IMG/VR virus record: IMGVR_UViG_3300010885_017276 | Location: 1-64,000 of that record | DNA length: 64,000 nucleotides | Source: a virus | Reading direction: 5' to 3' (one strand) | Part shown: piece by piece, positions 9,613 through 20,321 of the stretch | Layout: each line of letters begins with the position of its first letter | Position numbering within the stretch: the first letter of the stretch is position 1 | The notes under the pieces: model-generated | Told to the model about the DNA's origin: nothing | Databases searched by the model: none | Seen by the model: the letters and a program-made list of their open reading frames with translations, nothing else | Position numbers and translations under genes: made by a program

Positions 9613-10278
9613 TTAGATTTTTTGGATTGCTCTTTGAATATTAACTTGATATTTAGGGTCGCTTGAATTTATTGCAAATTCACTAGCTGCCATAGATATA
9701 ATTCTGTCTAAGAATTTATCATCAAATTCAGGAGAAAAGTCTGGGTGAAATGCACTCTCTGGATCGTCTTCTGAAATAAGTCTTATTTGTACTGGGTATC
9801 TGTAGTATGATAAAAACAATTCATCATGTTTGAATCCGTCATTGTACAAGTGTATGCTGTCTGATGATATTGTAAGTGGTGCTTCTCTAGCTAAAAAAGA
9901 TGGCTTGTTAAACTCGTCTTGTAAGACTTCTATCTTGTTGTCATCTTTTATTTCGTAAAGGCTTATCTTTTCTCTATTGCAAGTTTTATTTGAAGCTTTA
10001 CTGTATGCAGAGGAGAAGTCAAAGTAATTCTCCGGTAATAAAAATGTGTCTGCATATTCTACCCTAGTAGGGTTTAGTATCTTGTAGTTTGATACTAGTA
10101 CTTTTTGTATGTATCTTGACTCATCATCCTTCTTACGGTCTAAGATGTTTTCTAACATCTTGTTTTGAGACTCGTTGAATATAGCTACAAATCTTCCTCT
10201 ATCTCCCGACACAATCGAATTTTCGAAATTGTTGTCTATCTTAAGTAAGAATCTTATATAAGCTTGCTCTGTAGTCAT
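9613..10278 (-). CDS. Putative head-tail adaptor/ring protein
   Basis: FNESQ..LPENYF..LSYYRYP..RIISMAA pattern of podovirus adaptor-like proteins; position after MCP. Confidence 0.55.
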   Translation of the reverse strand: MTTEQAYIRFLLKIDNNFENSIVSGDRGRFVAIFNESQNKMLENILDRKKDDESRYIQKVLVSNYKILNPTRVEYADTFLLPENYFDFSSAYSKASNKTCNREKISLYEIKDDNKIEVLQDEFNKPSFLAREAPLTISSDSIHLYNDGFKHDELFLSYYRYPVQIRLISEDDPESAFHPDFSPEFDDKFLDRIISMAASEFAINSSDPKYQVNIQRAIQKI

Positions 10279-10290
10279 TTATTTTTTAGG

Positions 10291-10316
10291 AAAAAAAGGG
10301 GGCAGGGTAGCCCCCA
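10291..10316 (-). terminator. Intrinsic terminator
   Basis: A-tract followed by GGGGGC-agggta-GCCCCC stem. Confidence 0.65.
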
Positions 10317-10322
10317 TATTTA

Positions 10323-11300
10323 TTACTCTCCGATAAGTGTTGCGAACACTTGTTTTAATTCTTTGTCCTCTTTAATTTTTCTGGCTGCATTTTTCCAGTT
10401 GTTGTCAACGTAAATGTCATCCATCCAAACTTCTCCTTTTTTAAGTTTAACTTTACCTTTTACGTAGAGTTGTTTTAACTTAGCGTGGATATAGATTTCT
10501 TCTGCTCCGGACTCTGTTTGATATTTCTCAACAGTCTCGATGAAGATTTTATCATTCTGGAATTTGTCTTCTTTAGATTTAACAAAGTTTCCAAACACCG
10601 TATAAAGAACTGATTCGTCTGTGGCTTCTGTTGCGTTAATTCCTAAGTAATCTAAGATTTGGATTAATCCTTGCTTATCTGCGCTTACCATGTTGTAGAA
10701 TAATGCTGAAGCTTTTGCTTGTCTCATCTCTTTTTCTGCCTCTCTACTTACTGAACTGTCTTTATCAACAATACAGTACATTGAAATAGGCTGTTTAAAT
10801 TCTGGATGAGATTCCATGTGTTTTGGTGTAACTCTCTTGTGAATCATTATCAAGTAAAGTCTTAATAAATCTTCTGCTTTAGATGTGTCAAATAGTTTTC
10901 CTCTATGTAACTCTATTCTAAAGTTGTCCCAAAAATCATTATTTTTTGATGTGTGGTCTAATACTCCCTCACCTTTTTCTATCTCGATCTTATCTACGAT
11001 ACTTTCTTTGATAGCTTTTAGAGAAGACTCTCTTAGTTCAGCTGGGATTGCTCTCATGAACGCTCCAGATGTTGGGTATAAACCCGTGTCCCAAATACCT
11101 CTTTCTTTATCAAAGATAGCCCCTGGAAAAGTATCAACTATAGTGTCACTTAAGACTTTTGTAGTGTTGTATTCTTTGAATCCGTCTGGTGCTGAAGTAT
11201 CTAATTTTTCTTTGATTTCATACAATGTATCTTTCTTGATATCGAAATCATAGATTCTTAAGATGGTATTGCTAACATCTTTTTTTGCTTTTATAGCCAT
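10323..11300 (-). CDS. Hypothetical protein following MCP
   Basis: 325 aa, charged; has its own promoter; position typical of the crAss-like capsid block. Confidence 0.7.
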   Translation of the reverse strand: MAIKAKKDVSNTILRIYDFDIKKDTLYEIKEKLDTSAPDGFKEYNTTKVLSDTIVDTFPGAIFDKERGIWDTGLYPTSGAFMRAIPAELRESSLKAIKESIVDKIEIEKGEGVLDHTSKNNDFWDNFRIELHRGKLFDTSKAEDLLRLYLIMIHKRVTPKHMESHPEFKQPISMYCIVDKDSSVSREAEKEMRQAKASALFYNMVSADKQGLIQILDYLGINATEATDESVLYTVFGNFVKSKEDKFQNDKIFIETVEKYQTESGAEEIYIHAKLKQLYVKGKVKLKKGEVWMDDIYVDNNWKNAARKIKEDKELKQVFATLIGE

Positions 11301-11374
11301 TTTTTTTATTTTTGGTTAATCTGTTTCTGTGGGTTGGTAATAATTTTGCGAATCTTGTTGGTTAATTCACTATG

Positions 11375-11406
11375 CAAAATTACAAAATGTTTTATTATAA
11401 AACAAA
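11375..11406 (-). promoter_or_regulatory. Bacteroidetes sigma-70-type promoter
   Basis: Minus strand TTTG-N20-TAATTTTG. Confidence 0.65.
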
Positions 11407-11415
11407 TAAGTTAAA

Positions 11416-11450
11416 TTTCCTACCCCACCGATTAAGATGGGGTAAAGAAA
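11416..11450 (-). terminator. Terminator after MCP
   Basis: TACCCCA-ccgattaaga-TGGGGTA stem with flanking T/A tracts. Confidence 0.55.
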
Positions 11451-11462
11451 TTTTAACAATTA

Positions 11463-13157
11463 TTAGTTATAACCTTTTCTTGCAGCTTCGTCTAATTCAA
11501 TCATAACGAAACGAGTTAAGTCTCTAACGTGGATGTCAGCAATATTGAACGCCCAGAACTCTTGTCCGATTTGTTTCATTGAAGACATAATGTCGCCAGC
11601 TTTTCTGTAGTCGTAACGTCCATTAGTAGTTCCCCAGTAGCACATTTCGCCTTGTGGTTTAACTAAGTAGATGTTAGCTCCAGAGTTACCGCCTTCTACT
11701 AAAGTAGAACCTTTTGGTAAATCTTTGTTGTTTGAATACATTTGATCCTCAACATCCCAAATAACCATTGAGTAAGCAGTTGGTGACAAGTTCTCTGGGT
11801 GGAATCCACCTGCTAAACGGTCAACACCTTCCATCATGTTCAATGATGTATCTTCTTCGATTTCAATGTTTCCAATACCAGGAATGAAAACTTTAGTGAA
11901 ACGAATTGGCACATACTCTAAGTTAAAAGTATCATTACCACGAACTGGGTTAGGGATAGTTCTTTCAACTCCTAAGAAAGTATTCAATGCAGAGTTTTGT
12001 GCATTTACTTCGTCAGAGAAGATAGACAAAATGTTTTGGTAAGCGTATTTACCACATTTGAATTTCAAACGTCTTTCAACGTCTTGTTTGAATGGGTTAA
12101 CACGGAATACGTATTCAGCAGCTTCTTTCAAGTGGTCACGAGTAATTCCTCCAGGACGACCATACTTAACAAGCTTACCTCTACGCAATTGGTGCCATAA
12201 ACCTTCGTTTAATCTAGCAACACCGTTTGAATCACGAACTGTAGCAGCACGTTGGAACATAAGTTTTTGAGCAGTCAAACGCTCTAATTCACGCATTGTC
12301 AAGAACTCCATGGTTGCACCAATACGAGCAGTTTTCATGTCTGGAACTTTCTTACCATTTTTGGTAGTCATGTTAGCCAATACTGCGTATTCGTTACCTC
12401 CAAATTCTGATTGCAATTTGTCTAAGTAAGATTTAGATTGAGCATCAGCACCAGAGAATGACTTAGAGTCAGCCATACCAGTGATGTAAGCTTCAACCCC
12501 AGAAGCAGATCCTAAACGGAACTCGCAACGCATTGTACCTACTGTATCAGGCAAATCAAAGTGAGAGAAGTTAGTACCTCTTTCTCCTAAGATAGCGTGA
12601 CCAACTTTAAAGTATTGGATACCTTTAGCCAAGTTAGAAGCCAAGAACCAAGTGTTTTTGTCGTTGTCAGCCAATTTAACTGTGTGTTCCCATCCTTCTC
12701 CTACAGCTGATACAGGCTCCTCACCAGAAACGATAAGTTGTTGACCGTAATATTTGTCATTAGAAAGAACGTCACCAGTTGTGTAAGCTCTGTTCAAAAC
12801 AATTTTGAAAGTTCCACCATCAACACCAGGATACGCTTGATAAGACATATCACGAGTTGTGTAGCAACCTTTGTACTCTTCTACAGGGATATCATAAGTG
12901 AATCCTCCGTCCCATCCGTTTACTTCAAGGATAGCTTTGTTTTGTAATAATTCACGTAAGATACCGTAGCTTCTTACCGCTTGTTTACCCCACAAATTCA
13001 TCAAACCTAAGTGATGTTTGTTTGGGTCTTCTTTGTACCATGAGTAAAGAGAAGGCAAATCCTGTGCACCGTTAATAGAAGAAACTGTTTTCTTATCGGT
13101 GAACATGATAACCTGGTCTCCGTTTACTACGAAAGGAATGTTTTGTTGTGTTACCAT
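11463..13157 (-). CDS. Major capsid protein (crAss-like)
   Basis: 564 aa; strong high-expression codon bias; position portal-scaffold-MCP; RLNEGLWHQLRRG and C-terminal DIHVRDLTRFVMIEL segments. Confidence 0.8.
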   Translation of the reverse strand: MVTQQNIPFVVNGDQVIMFTDKKTVSSINGAQDLPSLYSWYKEDPNKHHLGLMNLWGKQAVRSYGILRELLQNKAILEVNGWDGGFTYDIPVEEYKGCYTTRDMSYQAYPGVDGGTFKIVLNRAYTTGDVLSNDKYYGQQLIVSGEEPVSAVGEGWEHTVKLADNDKNTWFLASNLAKGIQYFKVGHAILGERGTNFSHFDLPDTVGTMRCEFRLGSASGVEAYITGMADSKSFSGADAQSKSYLDKLQSEFGGNEYAVLANMTTKNGKKVPDMKTARIGATMEFLTMRELERLTAQKLMFQRAATVRDSNGVARLNEGLWHQLRRGKLVKYGRPGGITRDHLKEAAEYVFRVNPFKQDVERRLKFKCGKYAYQNILSIFSDEVNAQNSALNTFLGVERTIPNPVRGNDTFNLEYVPIRFTKVFIPGIGNIEIEEDTSLNMMEGVDRLAGGFHPENLSPTAYSMVIWDVEDQMYSNNKDLPKGSTLVEGGNSGANIYLVKPQGEMCYWGTTNGRYDYRKAGDIMSSMKQIGQEFWAFNIADIHVRDLTRFVMIELDEAARKGYN

Positions 13158-13183
13158 TTTTAATTTAATTTAATTTATTGTTG

Positions 13184-14296
13184 TTATAAGTCGAAATTAA
13201 TTGTCTCTAGAGGTGATAAAGTCTGTGACTGTGATTCCTCTTTTTTCTTCTCTACTCTTGTTGTATCTTGGATAATCTTGATTTTTTTAAGATTGTCTAA
13301 TTGTACATTTTTCTTGACTTCAGATGTTGCTTTCTTTAAGTAGTTATCTTTGTCAAGCATAAAGTAGATAAGTTCTTTTGCTTTTGCCGGGTCGCTCATC
13401 CATTGATCGTATATGTCATCAATTTCAAACCCCCCTGTATTGTCTTGTTTAGTAGCTACGTCTACAAATTTCCTAACTAAGTTGTCTGACAATCCTTCAT
13501 TCTTGAATGATGAAGTCAGAGATTTTCTGTAGTCTTTGATTCGCTCTATTTCTAATCTTTTTTCTTCTAGTATCTGAGACTCTCTGTTTTCTAAATTTTT
13601 ATAGAACTGATCTCTTTGGTAGTTTACAATCTTAGAAGCTTTGTCGTCTATGCTTAAGTCTTCTTTTGCTGATTTTACTAAAGCTCTTGTTTCAGATTGA
13701 CTGTGGCCTAATGCGTTTTGATAGTACCAAGCTAAGACATCTTCGTTGTGTCTTTCGTTATCTTGGTCATATCCTTGAAAAGGTTCTTGTAATGATTCCG
13801 GATTTTCAAATAAAGCTCTAGCTAAGTCTAAGTCTCCGTTCTTTACAATACTGATTAGTCGTTTTTTTACTTCGTCTAATCCGTCAATATCAACATACTT
13901 ATTCTTGAACTCTTCGTCCTTTTGGTCTTTGATAGCTTTCTCTAGATTCTTGTAAGTGTCTTTGTCAACACTTCCTAGTTCTGATAATAGCTTTTCTTCT
14001 CCTTCTGGAGTTTCGATAAGCATGTCTTCCCACTCTCCTGAATCAAGTTTCTCTTTTATTAAGTCTGAGAAAACTGATTCTCCAATACCGAATACTACTT
14101 CGGGCTCTTGTTTTTTAGATTCTGGTAATACTACTGTCTCTTCTTTCTTTTCTTCTTCTTTAGAATCTTCTGAATTTTGAAGATCGAGATCTAACTCTTT
14201 TTCTTCAGTTACAGCTCCTCCATCTTCTAGAGAGAAATCATTAAATTCTAATAGTTGTTCGAATGACAGTTCTTGTTGGTTTTGTTCTGTTTTCAT
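13184..14296 (-). CDS. Putative scaffold protein
   Basis: Very acidic N-terminus, coiled coil, between portal and MCP. Confidence 0.6.
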   Translation of the reverse strand: MKTEQNQQELSFEQLLEFNDFSLEDGGAVTEEKELDLDLQNSEDSKEEEKKEETVVLPESKKQEPEVVFGIGESVFSDLIKEKLDSGEWEDMLIETPEGEEKLLSELGSVDKDTYKNLEKAIKDQKDEEFKNKYVDIDGLDEVKKRLISIVKNGDLDLARALFENPESLQEPFQGYDQDNERHNEDVLAWYYQNALGHSQSETRALVKSAKEDLSIDDKASKIVNYQRDQFYKNLENRESQILEEKRLEIERIKDYRKSLTSSFKNEGLSDNLVRKFVDVATKQDNTGGFEIDDIYDQWMSDPAKAKELIYFMLDKDNYLKKATSEVKKNVQLDNLKKIKIIQDTTRVEKKKEESQSQTLSPLETINFDL

Positions 14297-14304
14297 TTTC
14301 GGTG

Positions 14305-14335
14305 CAAAATTAAGGGTTTTATTTGTAACTGCAAA
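14305..14335 (-). promoter_or_regulatory. Bacteroidetes sigma-70-type promoter for scaffold/MCP
   Basis: Minus strand TTTG-N19-TAATTTTG. Confidence 0.65.
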
Positions 14336-14405
14336 ATTGATTAAAATTAAGGGAGTTACGGGTTTCTGTTGTTAAATTATTTTTAATTAGTTAAATTATT
14401 TTTAA

Positions 14406-17183
14406 TTAGTTTTTATTGATCTCAGCAATGTATCTTTCGTTTGTCATCTTTCTATCTTTCTGATCAAGTTCTTTTAGTTTTATCTGTAGTTCCTTGTTCA
14501 TCATGTCTAGTTTCTCGGCACTTTGCTGTTTAGCCATTTCTACTTTGTCTTGTGATAAAGATATGTCGCTATTTGTTTTCATCTCCTTAAGAGCCATATC
14601 TGTTTGTTTGCTGATATTATCAAAAGACATTTGGTTTGCGTCTTTGTCAGCAGCACGTCCCTGTGCTTGGATTTCTTCCTGCATAATTCTGGCTCGTCTG
14701 TCTTTTTCACTTTCAGAGGATTCAAACTGTCTGTCTTTATCTTTTTCAGCAGCAATAGCTTGAATTTTCTTGTCTTCAAGAGTTTGTTCGTGTTCTCTTT
14801 GTGCTTGAATTTCTTTTTGTTTCTCAGCACGTCCTCTCTTACCGATATCCACAAGTTCTACTATTGTATCAGCAGAGAATAACTCAGCGTAGTCTAACAA
14901 GTCGCTTCCTAATGTATTCATGTTTAGTAAAGCTTGTTTCATTGTTTCAAGTTCTCTACGTTTCTTAGGATCGTTTACTGGGAATACTCCAAGTCTTCTT
15001 AGTGGGAAATCGGGGTCTGATAAGTTTATAAAGTTTTTATCTCCGTCAGAATTTGAAAATACAAAGTCTACATCTAGATATTCTTTCTGACAATACTGTG
15101 CTACTGATAAATGTAACTCCATTGCTTTTCTTCTAGCTACAGACATTGTATTGAATATGTCTGCTGTCTGCATATATGAAGCCTCAGTGCCTTGTTTTAC
15201 TCCAGTGGCTGTTTCATATACTGAAGGTTGTCCAAGTCGCTGTGGTGTAATACCAATCTGTTCTAGAGCCTTTCTCATGTAATACTCAGAAAGTTCAATT
15301 CTACTCTTGATCTGTTTGTCAAAAGAGATATCCTGAGTCATAAAGGTATTCATTTGTCCATTAGCCCCGGCCATGTTTTGTTTTGTAGTATCTAACGGTA
15401 CTAACCCCACATCTTTGGCTAAGTCTCTAAGTTTTTCTAATGATTCTTCTATTGTACCGTAGTCTTTATACTCAGACGGCAAGAAGTTAATATCAAACAA
15501 GAAGAACATACCAATCTCTTTCTCTAACAGATTAAAGATTTGGTTCAAGCAAATGTTGTATCCAATTTGATAAGGTCTTAGTTTTTGTGCCATAGCAGAA
15601 GAGATAATACCAGCTACTGGTATCTTTACATCAAAGATGTTTGATTCTCCTCTAATTTGATAAGGTAGTGGCTCTACCCCTAAATATAAGTTATCACTTA
15701 AGAAAGAGTTACCTGCATTAATCTTAGTACCTTTCCATATTTCAGGGGCCCAAAACTCGTACATTGTATCTGCTTCTAGATTCTTTTGTATATCAACTAA
15801 AGGTTTAGTTGTTACTTTTTTAATATCGTGCTCTTTTATAAAGTCCGCCAATAAATCATCTGTTACAATAGCTGTATCTGCATATCCTTGGTCTGTAGTG
15901 TAGTTTAAGAACCACATCTTCTTCCAGCTTCTCCAGTAGGCCTCTGTTACCTGCAATAAGTCTTTTCTAACATAGATATCATCACGTTGCATCATACTGT
16001 ATCTATAGCCTAGATAGTTGTTATTTTGCAATGGTGATAACCAGTTAGGTATTCTTTGTTGTCCATCTGGGGTGTCCATTATAACTTCTCCCATTGGTAC
16101 ATCTAAGGCATTCTGTAATTGTAATCCTAAATCATAATCGTAGTGATTATAAGAGGGGATTGTTTGTACTTGTCCAAACATGTTGTTGTTCATCATGTCC
16201 TTCCAAGACTGTATCTTGTGATCTGCATTGGCGTTACCAACACTCTCAAACTTCTTGTTAAGTTTTTTAATTTCGTCCGGAGAAAGTAAGTGAGAGAATC
16301 TCTTGATAATATCAGAAGCTGATATGTAGAAGACCCTACCTGCATACTCACCGTCTTGGGGGTTCTCTGCTACTACATCCTGAGAGAAAAAGGTTTCTAT
16401 TGGAGACCATCTTTCTGGTTTGTAGTGATCGTAACCTATGTAATAATGTCTAAAGAATCTACCTGTAAGCAAGAAATCCTCCATCTCTTGTTTATCAAGC
16501 TTGTCCATATAGAACCGTTGTTGATCTTTTTCAATTACATGCTCTGCCCATTCTGCAGCTTTAGCTTTCCAATCTTTCATCTCCTTTTCTATTTGTGCAG
16601 GTGATAAAATTTTAGATTTTTCTTCTTCTAGCTTTTGCATGTATTGTTGACGCTCTTCATCAGACTTAAAGTCTTCTTTGTTAGGGTTTAATCCCATCTC
16701 TAGAAGAGACATCTCTAGTTCTTTCTGAAAAGTCTGCATAGCATACTCTCGTACTTTTTTGGTGCGTTCTCGGATATACTCATTTTGAGAGATATCATCT
16801 ATACAGTCTACCTTAAAGTCGTCTTTTTGTTCTAGCCATTCTCCTACGAGTTGTCTAGTTATAATTCCAATAAAGTCGTAGTGTTTTACAAATGTAGGTA
16901 TTCCTACACTATCTCCTAGCTCCTTGACCCTATCTAAAACTTGGTTATCTGGCTCGTAATCAGAATATGCAAGTCGTCCTTCTAACATCTTGTAGAGATC
17001 TCTAAATCGAATGTTGTCTGCTAATTGCAGAACACCAATTGATTCTAGAGCATCCATATTTTTCTTTTTCCAAGAGTCTTTACTTTTAATTGTATCAGAT
17101 ACAGTTTGTGTTGGTAAAGAGTGGGTAGAAGATATAGAAGATCCTACTCCATTATAAAAACTATGTAAATTGTGACCGTCCAT
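14406..17183 (-). CDS. Portal protein
   Basis: 925 aa; KHYDFIG..LVGE, GITPQRLGQ...ETATGV motifs and a long C-terminal coiled coil typical of crAss-like portals. Confidence 0.85.
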   Translation of the reverse strand: MDGHNLHSFYNGVGSSISSTHSLPTQTVSDTIKSKDSWKKKNMDALESIGVLQLADNIRFRDLYKMLEGRLAYSDYEPDNQVLDRVKELGDSVGIPTFVKHYDFIGIITRQLVGEWLEQKDDFKVDCIDDISQNEYIRERTKKVREYAMQTFQKELEMSLLEMGLNPNKEDFKSDEERQQYMQKLEEEKSKILSPAQIEKEMKDWKAKAAEWAEHVIEKDQQRFYMDKLDKQEMEDFLLTGRFFRHYYIGYDHYKPERWSPIETFFSQDVVAENPQDGEYAGRVFYISASDIIKRFSHLLSPDEIKKLNKKFESVGNANADHKIQSWKDMMNNNMFGQVQTIPSYNHYDYDLGLQLQNALDVPMGEVIMDTPDGQQRIPNWLSPLQNNNYLGYRYSMMQRDDIYVRKDLLQVTEAYWRSWKKMWFLNYTTDQGYADTAIVTDDLLADFIKEHDIKKVTTKPLVDIQKNLEADTMYEFWAPEIWKGTKINAGNSFLSDNLYLGVEPLPYQIRGESNIFDVKIPVAGIISSAMAQKLRPYQIGYNICLNQIFNLLEKEIGMFFLFDINFLPSEYKDYGTIEESLEKLRDLAKDVGLVPLDTTKQNMAGANGQMNTFMTQDISFDKQIKSRIELSEYYMRKALEQIGITPQRLGQPSVYETATGVKQGTEASYMQTADIFNTMSVARRKAMELHLSVAQYCQKEYLDVDFVFSNSDGDKNFINLSDPDFPLRRLGVFPVNDPKKRRELETMKQALLNMNTLGSDLLDYAELFSADTIVELVDIGKRGRAEKQKEIQAQREHEQTLEDKKIQAIAAEKDKDRQFESSESEKDRRARIMQEEIQAQGRAADKDANQMSFDNISKQTDMALKEMKTNSDISLSQDKVEMAKQQSAEKLDMMNKELQIKLKELDQKDRKMTNERYIAEINKN

Positions 17184-17190
17184 ATTTTAT

Positions 17191-18297
17191 TTATTGGGCA
17201 ATATATGTGCCGTTTATGTATGCTTTACTAATTGTAGTTAATGCAACAGGAGTTCCTTGTATCCACAATCCTTCTCTGATTGGTGAATTAGCTCCTCCTG
17301 ATTGTTTCAAATAATGTAAGTCTAAGACAGTTGTAATACCTGCAGTGTCTGCATTAAGTATTGTATGTCCAGTACCTGTGTCTGGATCAACATTAGGATC
17401 TGCCCATATCCATCCGCTAAAATGATTATATCCAAAACCAGGAGCAAAAGGTAATGCCACTTTATATTGTCCTGTACCAAAATTAGTAACTGTTGTAAAA
17501 TTAATTTCTATTACAAAACTAACTAACAATCCTGCTTTAACATAGTAAGAATTATAAGTGGGATAGGTTGTACCACTTCCAGTAAAAGTCATACCAGTTG
17601 CTTGAAATGTTGGAGAATACCTAGTCCACGTTTCTAATCCTGAAGTACCACTTATACCCGGAATGCCTTGTGGTCCTACAAATGAATATGTGTTCCAATA
17701 AACACCTAATGAAGAAGGTGGAAGTATTGCATCATTATTTGATATACATATATAGTAGTTACCTAAATAATTTACAATGTCACCAACTAAGTAACCATTT
17801 GGGGATACTCTTGTTACGTCCCAAGCAAATCCTGTTAAGCCTTTGTCTCCTTTTACACCTTGAATACCCTGTGTGCCTTGTATACCTTGTTCACCTTGAA
17901 TGCCTTGTATTCCTTGGACACCTTGGGGCCCTTGTAAGTCACCCACATCTTCCCAAACATTAGTTGCTGTATTCCATATATAAAGAGATCCGTCAGAAAT
18001 AAGTAACCACGCTTCTCCTGGATTTCCTGGGCTTGCTCCTGCTCCTGCTAAGAATGCAGTAAGATCTGGATAAGAACCTAGTACTGTTAAAGCAGCTCCT
18101 GTCTCTCCTTGTACTCCTTGTGTTCCTTGAACACCTTGCGTTCCTTGTGAGCCTTGGATACCCTGTGGTCCTTGTGGTCCTGCAGGCCCTTGTGGTCCAA
18201 CTGTCGAATCTATACTATCTTCAAGAGCTTTTACTCTTTCTGGAAGACGGAACCACTCTTTACCTGTGGGTAGTGGGAATTTTAGATAGTTCCTCAT
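17191..18297 (-). CDS. WFRLPERV-leader collagen-like fibre protein C
   Basis: MRNYLKFPLPTGKEWFRLPERVKALED, G-X-Q collagen triplets, YLVGDIVNYLGNYY carbohydrate-binding-like module, beta-sandwich tip. Confidence 0.8.
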   Translation of the reverse strand: MRNYLKFPLPTGKEWFRLPERVKALEDSIDSTVGPQGPAGPQGPQGIQGSQGTQGVQGTQGVQGETGAALTVLGSYPDLTAFLAGAGASPGNPGEAWLLISDGSLYIWNTATNVWEDVGDLQGPQGVQGIQGIQGEQGIQGTQGIQGVKGDKGLTGFAWDVTRVSPNGYLVGDIVNYLGNYYICISNNDAILPPSSLGVYWNTYSFVGPQGIPGISGTSGLETWTRYSPTFQATGMTFTGSGTTYPTYNSYYVKAGLLVSFVIEINFTTVTNFGTGQYKVALPFAPGFGYNHFSGWIWADPNVDPDTGTGHTILNADTAGITTVLDLHYLKQSGGANSPIREGLWIQGTPVALTTISKAYINGTYIAQ

Positions 18298-18298
18298 T

Positions 18299-18457
18299 TT
18301 ATTTTGTCCCTTGGGGTAGGCCCTCCTTAATTTCTATAAATTTTTCTTTCATTTTTGTACTTATTCCTTCAAGACAATTTCTGCCCTTTCCTTTAGTCCC
18401 GATACATCTTGCAGGATCATTAAAATAATCAAGCATAGTTTTTTTTAATACTCCCAT
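18299..18457 (-). CDS. 52-aa hypothetical protein
   Basis: Manually translated MGVLKKTMLDYFNDPARCIGTKGKGRNCLEGISTKMKEKFIEIKEGLPQGTK*; fills the gap exactly. Confidence 0.55.
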   Translation of the reverse strand: MGVLKKTMLDYFNDPARCIGTKGKGRNCLEGISTKMKEKFIEIKEGLPQGTK

Positions 18458-18472
18458 TTTATATATTTTTTA

Positions 18473-20308
18473 TTAGTTAGAAAAAGTTAAATTATCTCCA
18501 GCTGGTGCAATAAATTCAATATCTAGGTATGCAACAGATTCCCATTCAGTTATTGAAGAGTTTGCGATAATAGATACAAAATAGTCACCGCTAGTAGCTA
18601 AAGTATTATCTAGTATGATAGCCCCAAATGTAGTCGTTGCAATACTGCCACTAACTGAATTTCTTATATAAGAATTAGCACCAAATTTAGAATACAACTC
18701 ATCATAAGTATTTACAGTGGCTTTCATTGTTGTTTGGTCACTTGTCATAGCTAATTTTTCTGAGCCAGATATAACTCCTATTAAGTATACAGAAGATGTG
18801 CTATTTATATTTGGAAAGTTTGCTATGCCTTTTAATTTATACTTATTATAAGTTGTAGCAATAGTAGTATTTATTCCAGTTATATCCATAGATATAGTTG
18901 CAGTTCCACATGTAAAATCTACGGTATCGCCAATTTCATAGTTAGTTCCAGGATCAGTTATTGTAAGATTATAATTACTTGGTCCTGTAATATTTATAGT
19001 TGCACTTGCTCCAGAGCCACTTCCACCAATACCAAAAACTTCAAAACAGTCTCCTACTACTAAAGTCCCCGATGTGTTTAAAATATATGTAGTTATACCA
19101 TTAGATGGTGGAACTACTATTGTATCTGATAGTTGAATAAAGTCGCTCTCTACATTTACATCTAAAGTGCCTTTAGTATATACCATGTCATAGTTAGCAG
19201 CTGATGATGATACAGATGCTGTATTCAATACTGTTCCATCTGCAAACTTTATTCCACATGATTGTGGAATTACGGTTCTGTAATAAGCAAATCCTCCAGT
19301 GTTAGGGCCACCACCTTGTGTCCAACTATCAAAATTAATTTTATAATATAAATCTGTAGTCATATCCCACATAACAAGGTCTGTACCTGGTATGTTATTA
19401 CCTACATTAGCATCTAGAGCATCTATAAAACTTGTATATCTACGTGATTCTAAATTGCTAAGATCATCCCATCCTGAATAACCAGGTCTTGAATCTATAA
19501 ATGAACTATTCCATTTAGTATTTATGGGAGATGATCCATTGTTAGAATAATCTTCAACTACAGCATTGAATAAACCCCCATTGCTATTTCTTTTTAGATG
19601 AACACCTAGTGAAATTATATCTATTACATTAGGTTCATTATCTGGTCTTTCAAAATATACTTCTGAAAATATTTCATATCTTTCGTAGGCAAAACCATAA
19701 TCGTTATTACCACCAACACCCCAATGAGTAAATTTGATTAACCAATATCTTTCAGGATCACTACCATTATCCCATTTCATAACTGAATATATTCCTACAT
19801 ACTGAGGTGGGACATAATCATCAACTCCATCAACAGCATTTCTCCAATCTGTATAAGTTCTATTCTGTACATCCCAAAGTGGAGCCCATGATGTGTTAGC
19901 AGCATCTACATATTGTGTATTCCAAAATGTATTCTCTGGAGAGTTATTACCACTACTATAACTTGATTCTAAAGCAATGTTGTAAATACCGCCACCACTA
20001 TTACCACGAGTGATTTCAAGTTCTCCTGGAATGATAACATCTTTATCAGTGACAGGATTAGAGCCTGATATTTTTGTAAAAGATACTTTTTGACCTACTG
20101 AGCCGGGTTTAAAGTCCATTATCAAACTATTAAGATCTGAATCTCTCAGGAACTTGTCTGTTGAAGAGTTTTTAAACTCTGATAGATCTCTATTTTTTAC
20201 TGTTTCTAAATCTTGTACAATGTCTTGCACCTCTTCAGGTAATCTCCACCAGGTAGCATTAGGTGATTTTGGATAATTTTTGTGTGTGTTGTTTATTACT
20301 TTTTTCAT
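18473..20308 (-). CDS. WWRLPEEV-leader fibre/decoration-like protein D
   Basis: MKKVINNTHKNYP...WWRLPEEVQD; two tandem ~140-aa domains each ending GFAYxR. Confidence 0.75.
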   Translation of the reverse strand: MKKVINNTHKNYPKSPNATWWRLPEEVQDIVQDLETVKNRDLSEFKNSSTDKFLRDSDLNSLIMDFKPGSVGQKVSFTKISGSNPVTDKDVIIPGELEITRGNSGGGIYNIALESSYSSGNNSPENTFWNTQYVDAANTSWAPLWDVQNRTYTDWRNAVDGVDDYVPPQYVGIYSVMKWDNGSDPERYWLIKFTHWGVGGNNDYGFAYERYEIFSEVYFERPDNEPNVIDIISLGVHLKRNSNGGLFNAVVEDYSNNGSSPINTKWNSSFIDSRPGYSGWDDLSNLESRRYTSFIDALDANVGNNIPGTDLVMWDMTTDLYYKINFDSWTQGGGPNTGGFAYYRTVIPQSCGIKFADGTVLNTASVSSSAANYDMVYTKGTLDVNVESDFIQLSDTIVVPPSNGITTYILNTSGTLVVGDCFEVFGIGGSGSGASATINITGPSNYNLTITDPGTNYEIGDTVDFTCGTATISMDITGINTTIATTYNKYKLKGIANFPNINSTSSVYLIGVISGSEKLAMTSDQTTMKATVNTYDELYSKFGANSYIRNSVSGSIATTTFGAIILDNTLATSGDYFVSIIANSSITEWESVAYLDIEFIAPAGDNLTFSN

Positions 20309-20321
20309 CTTATGTTTTTTA

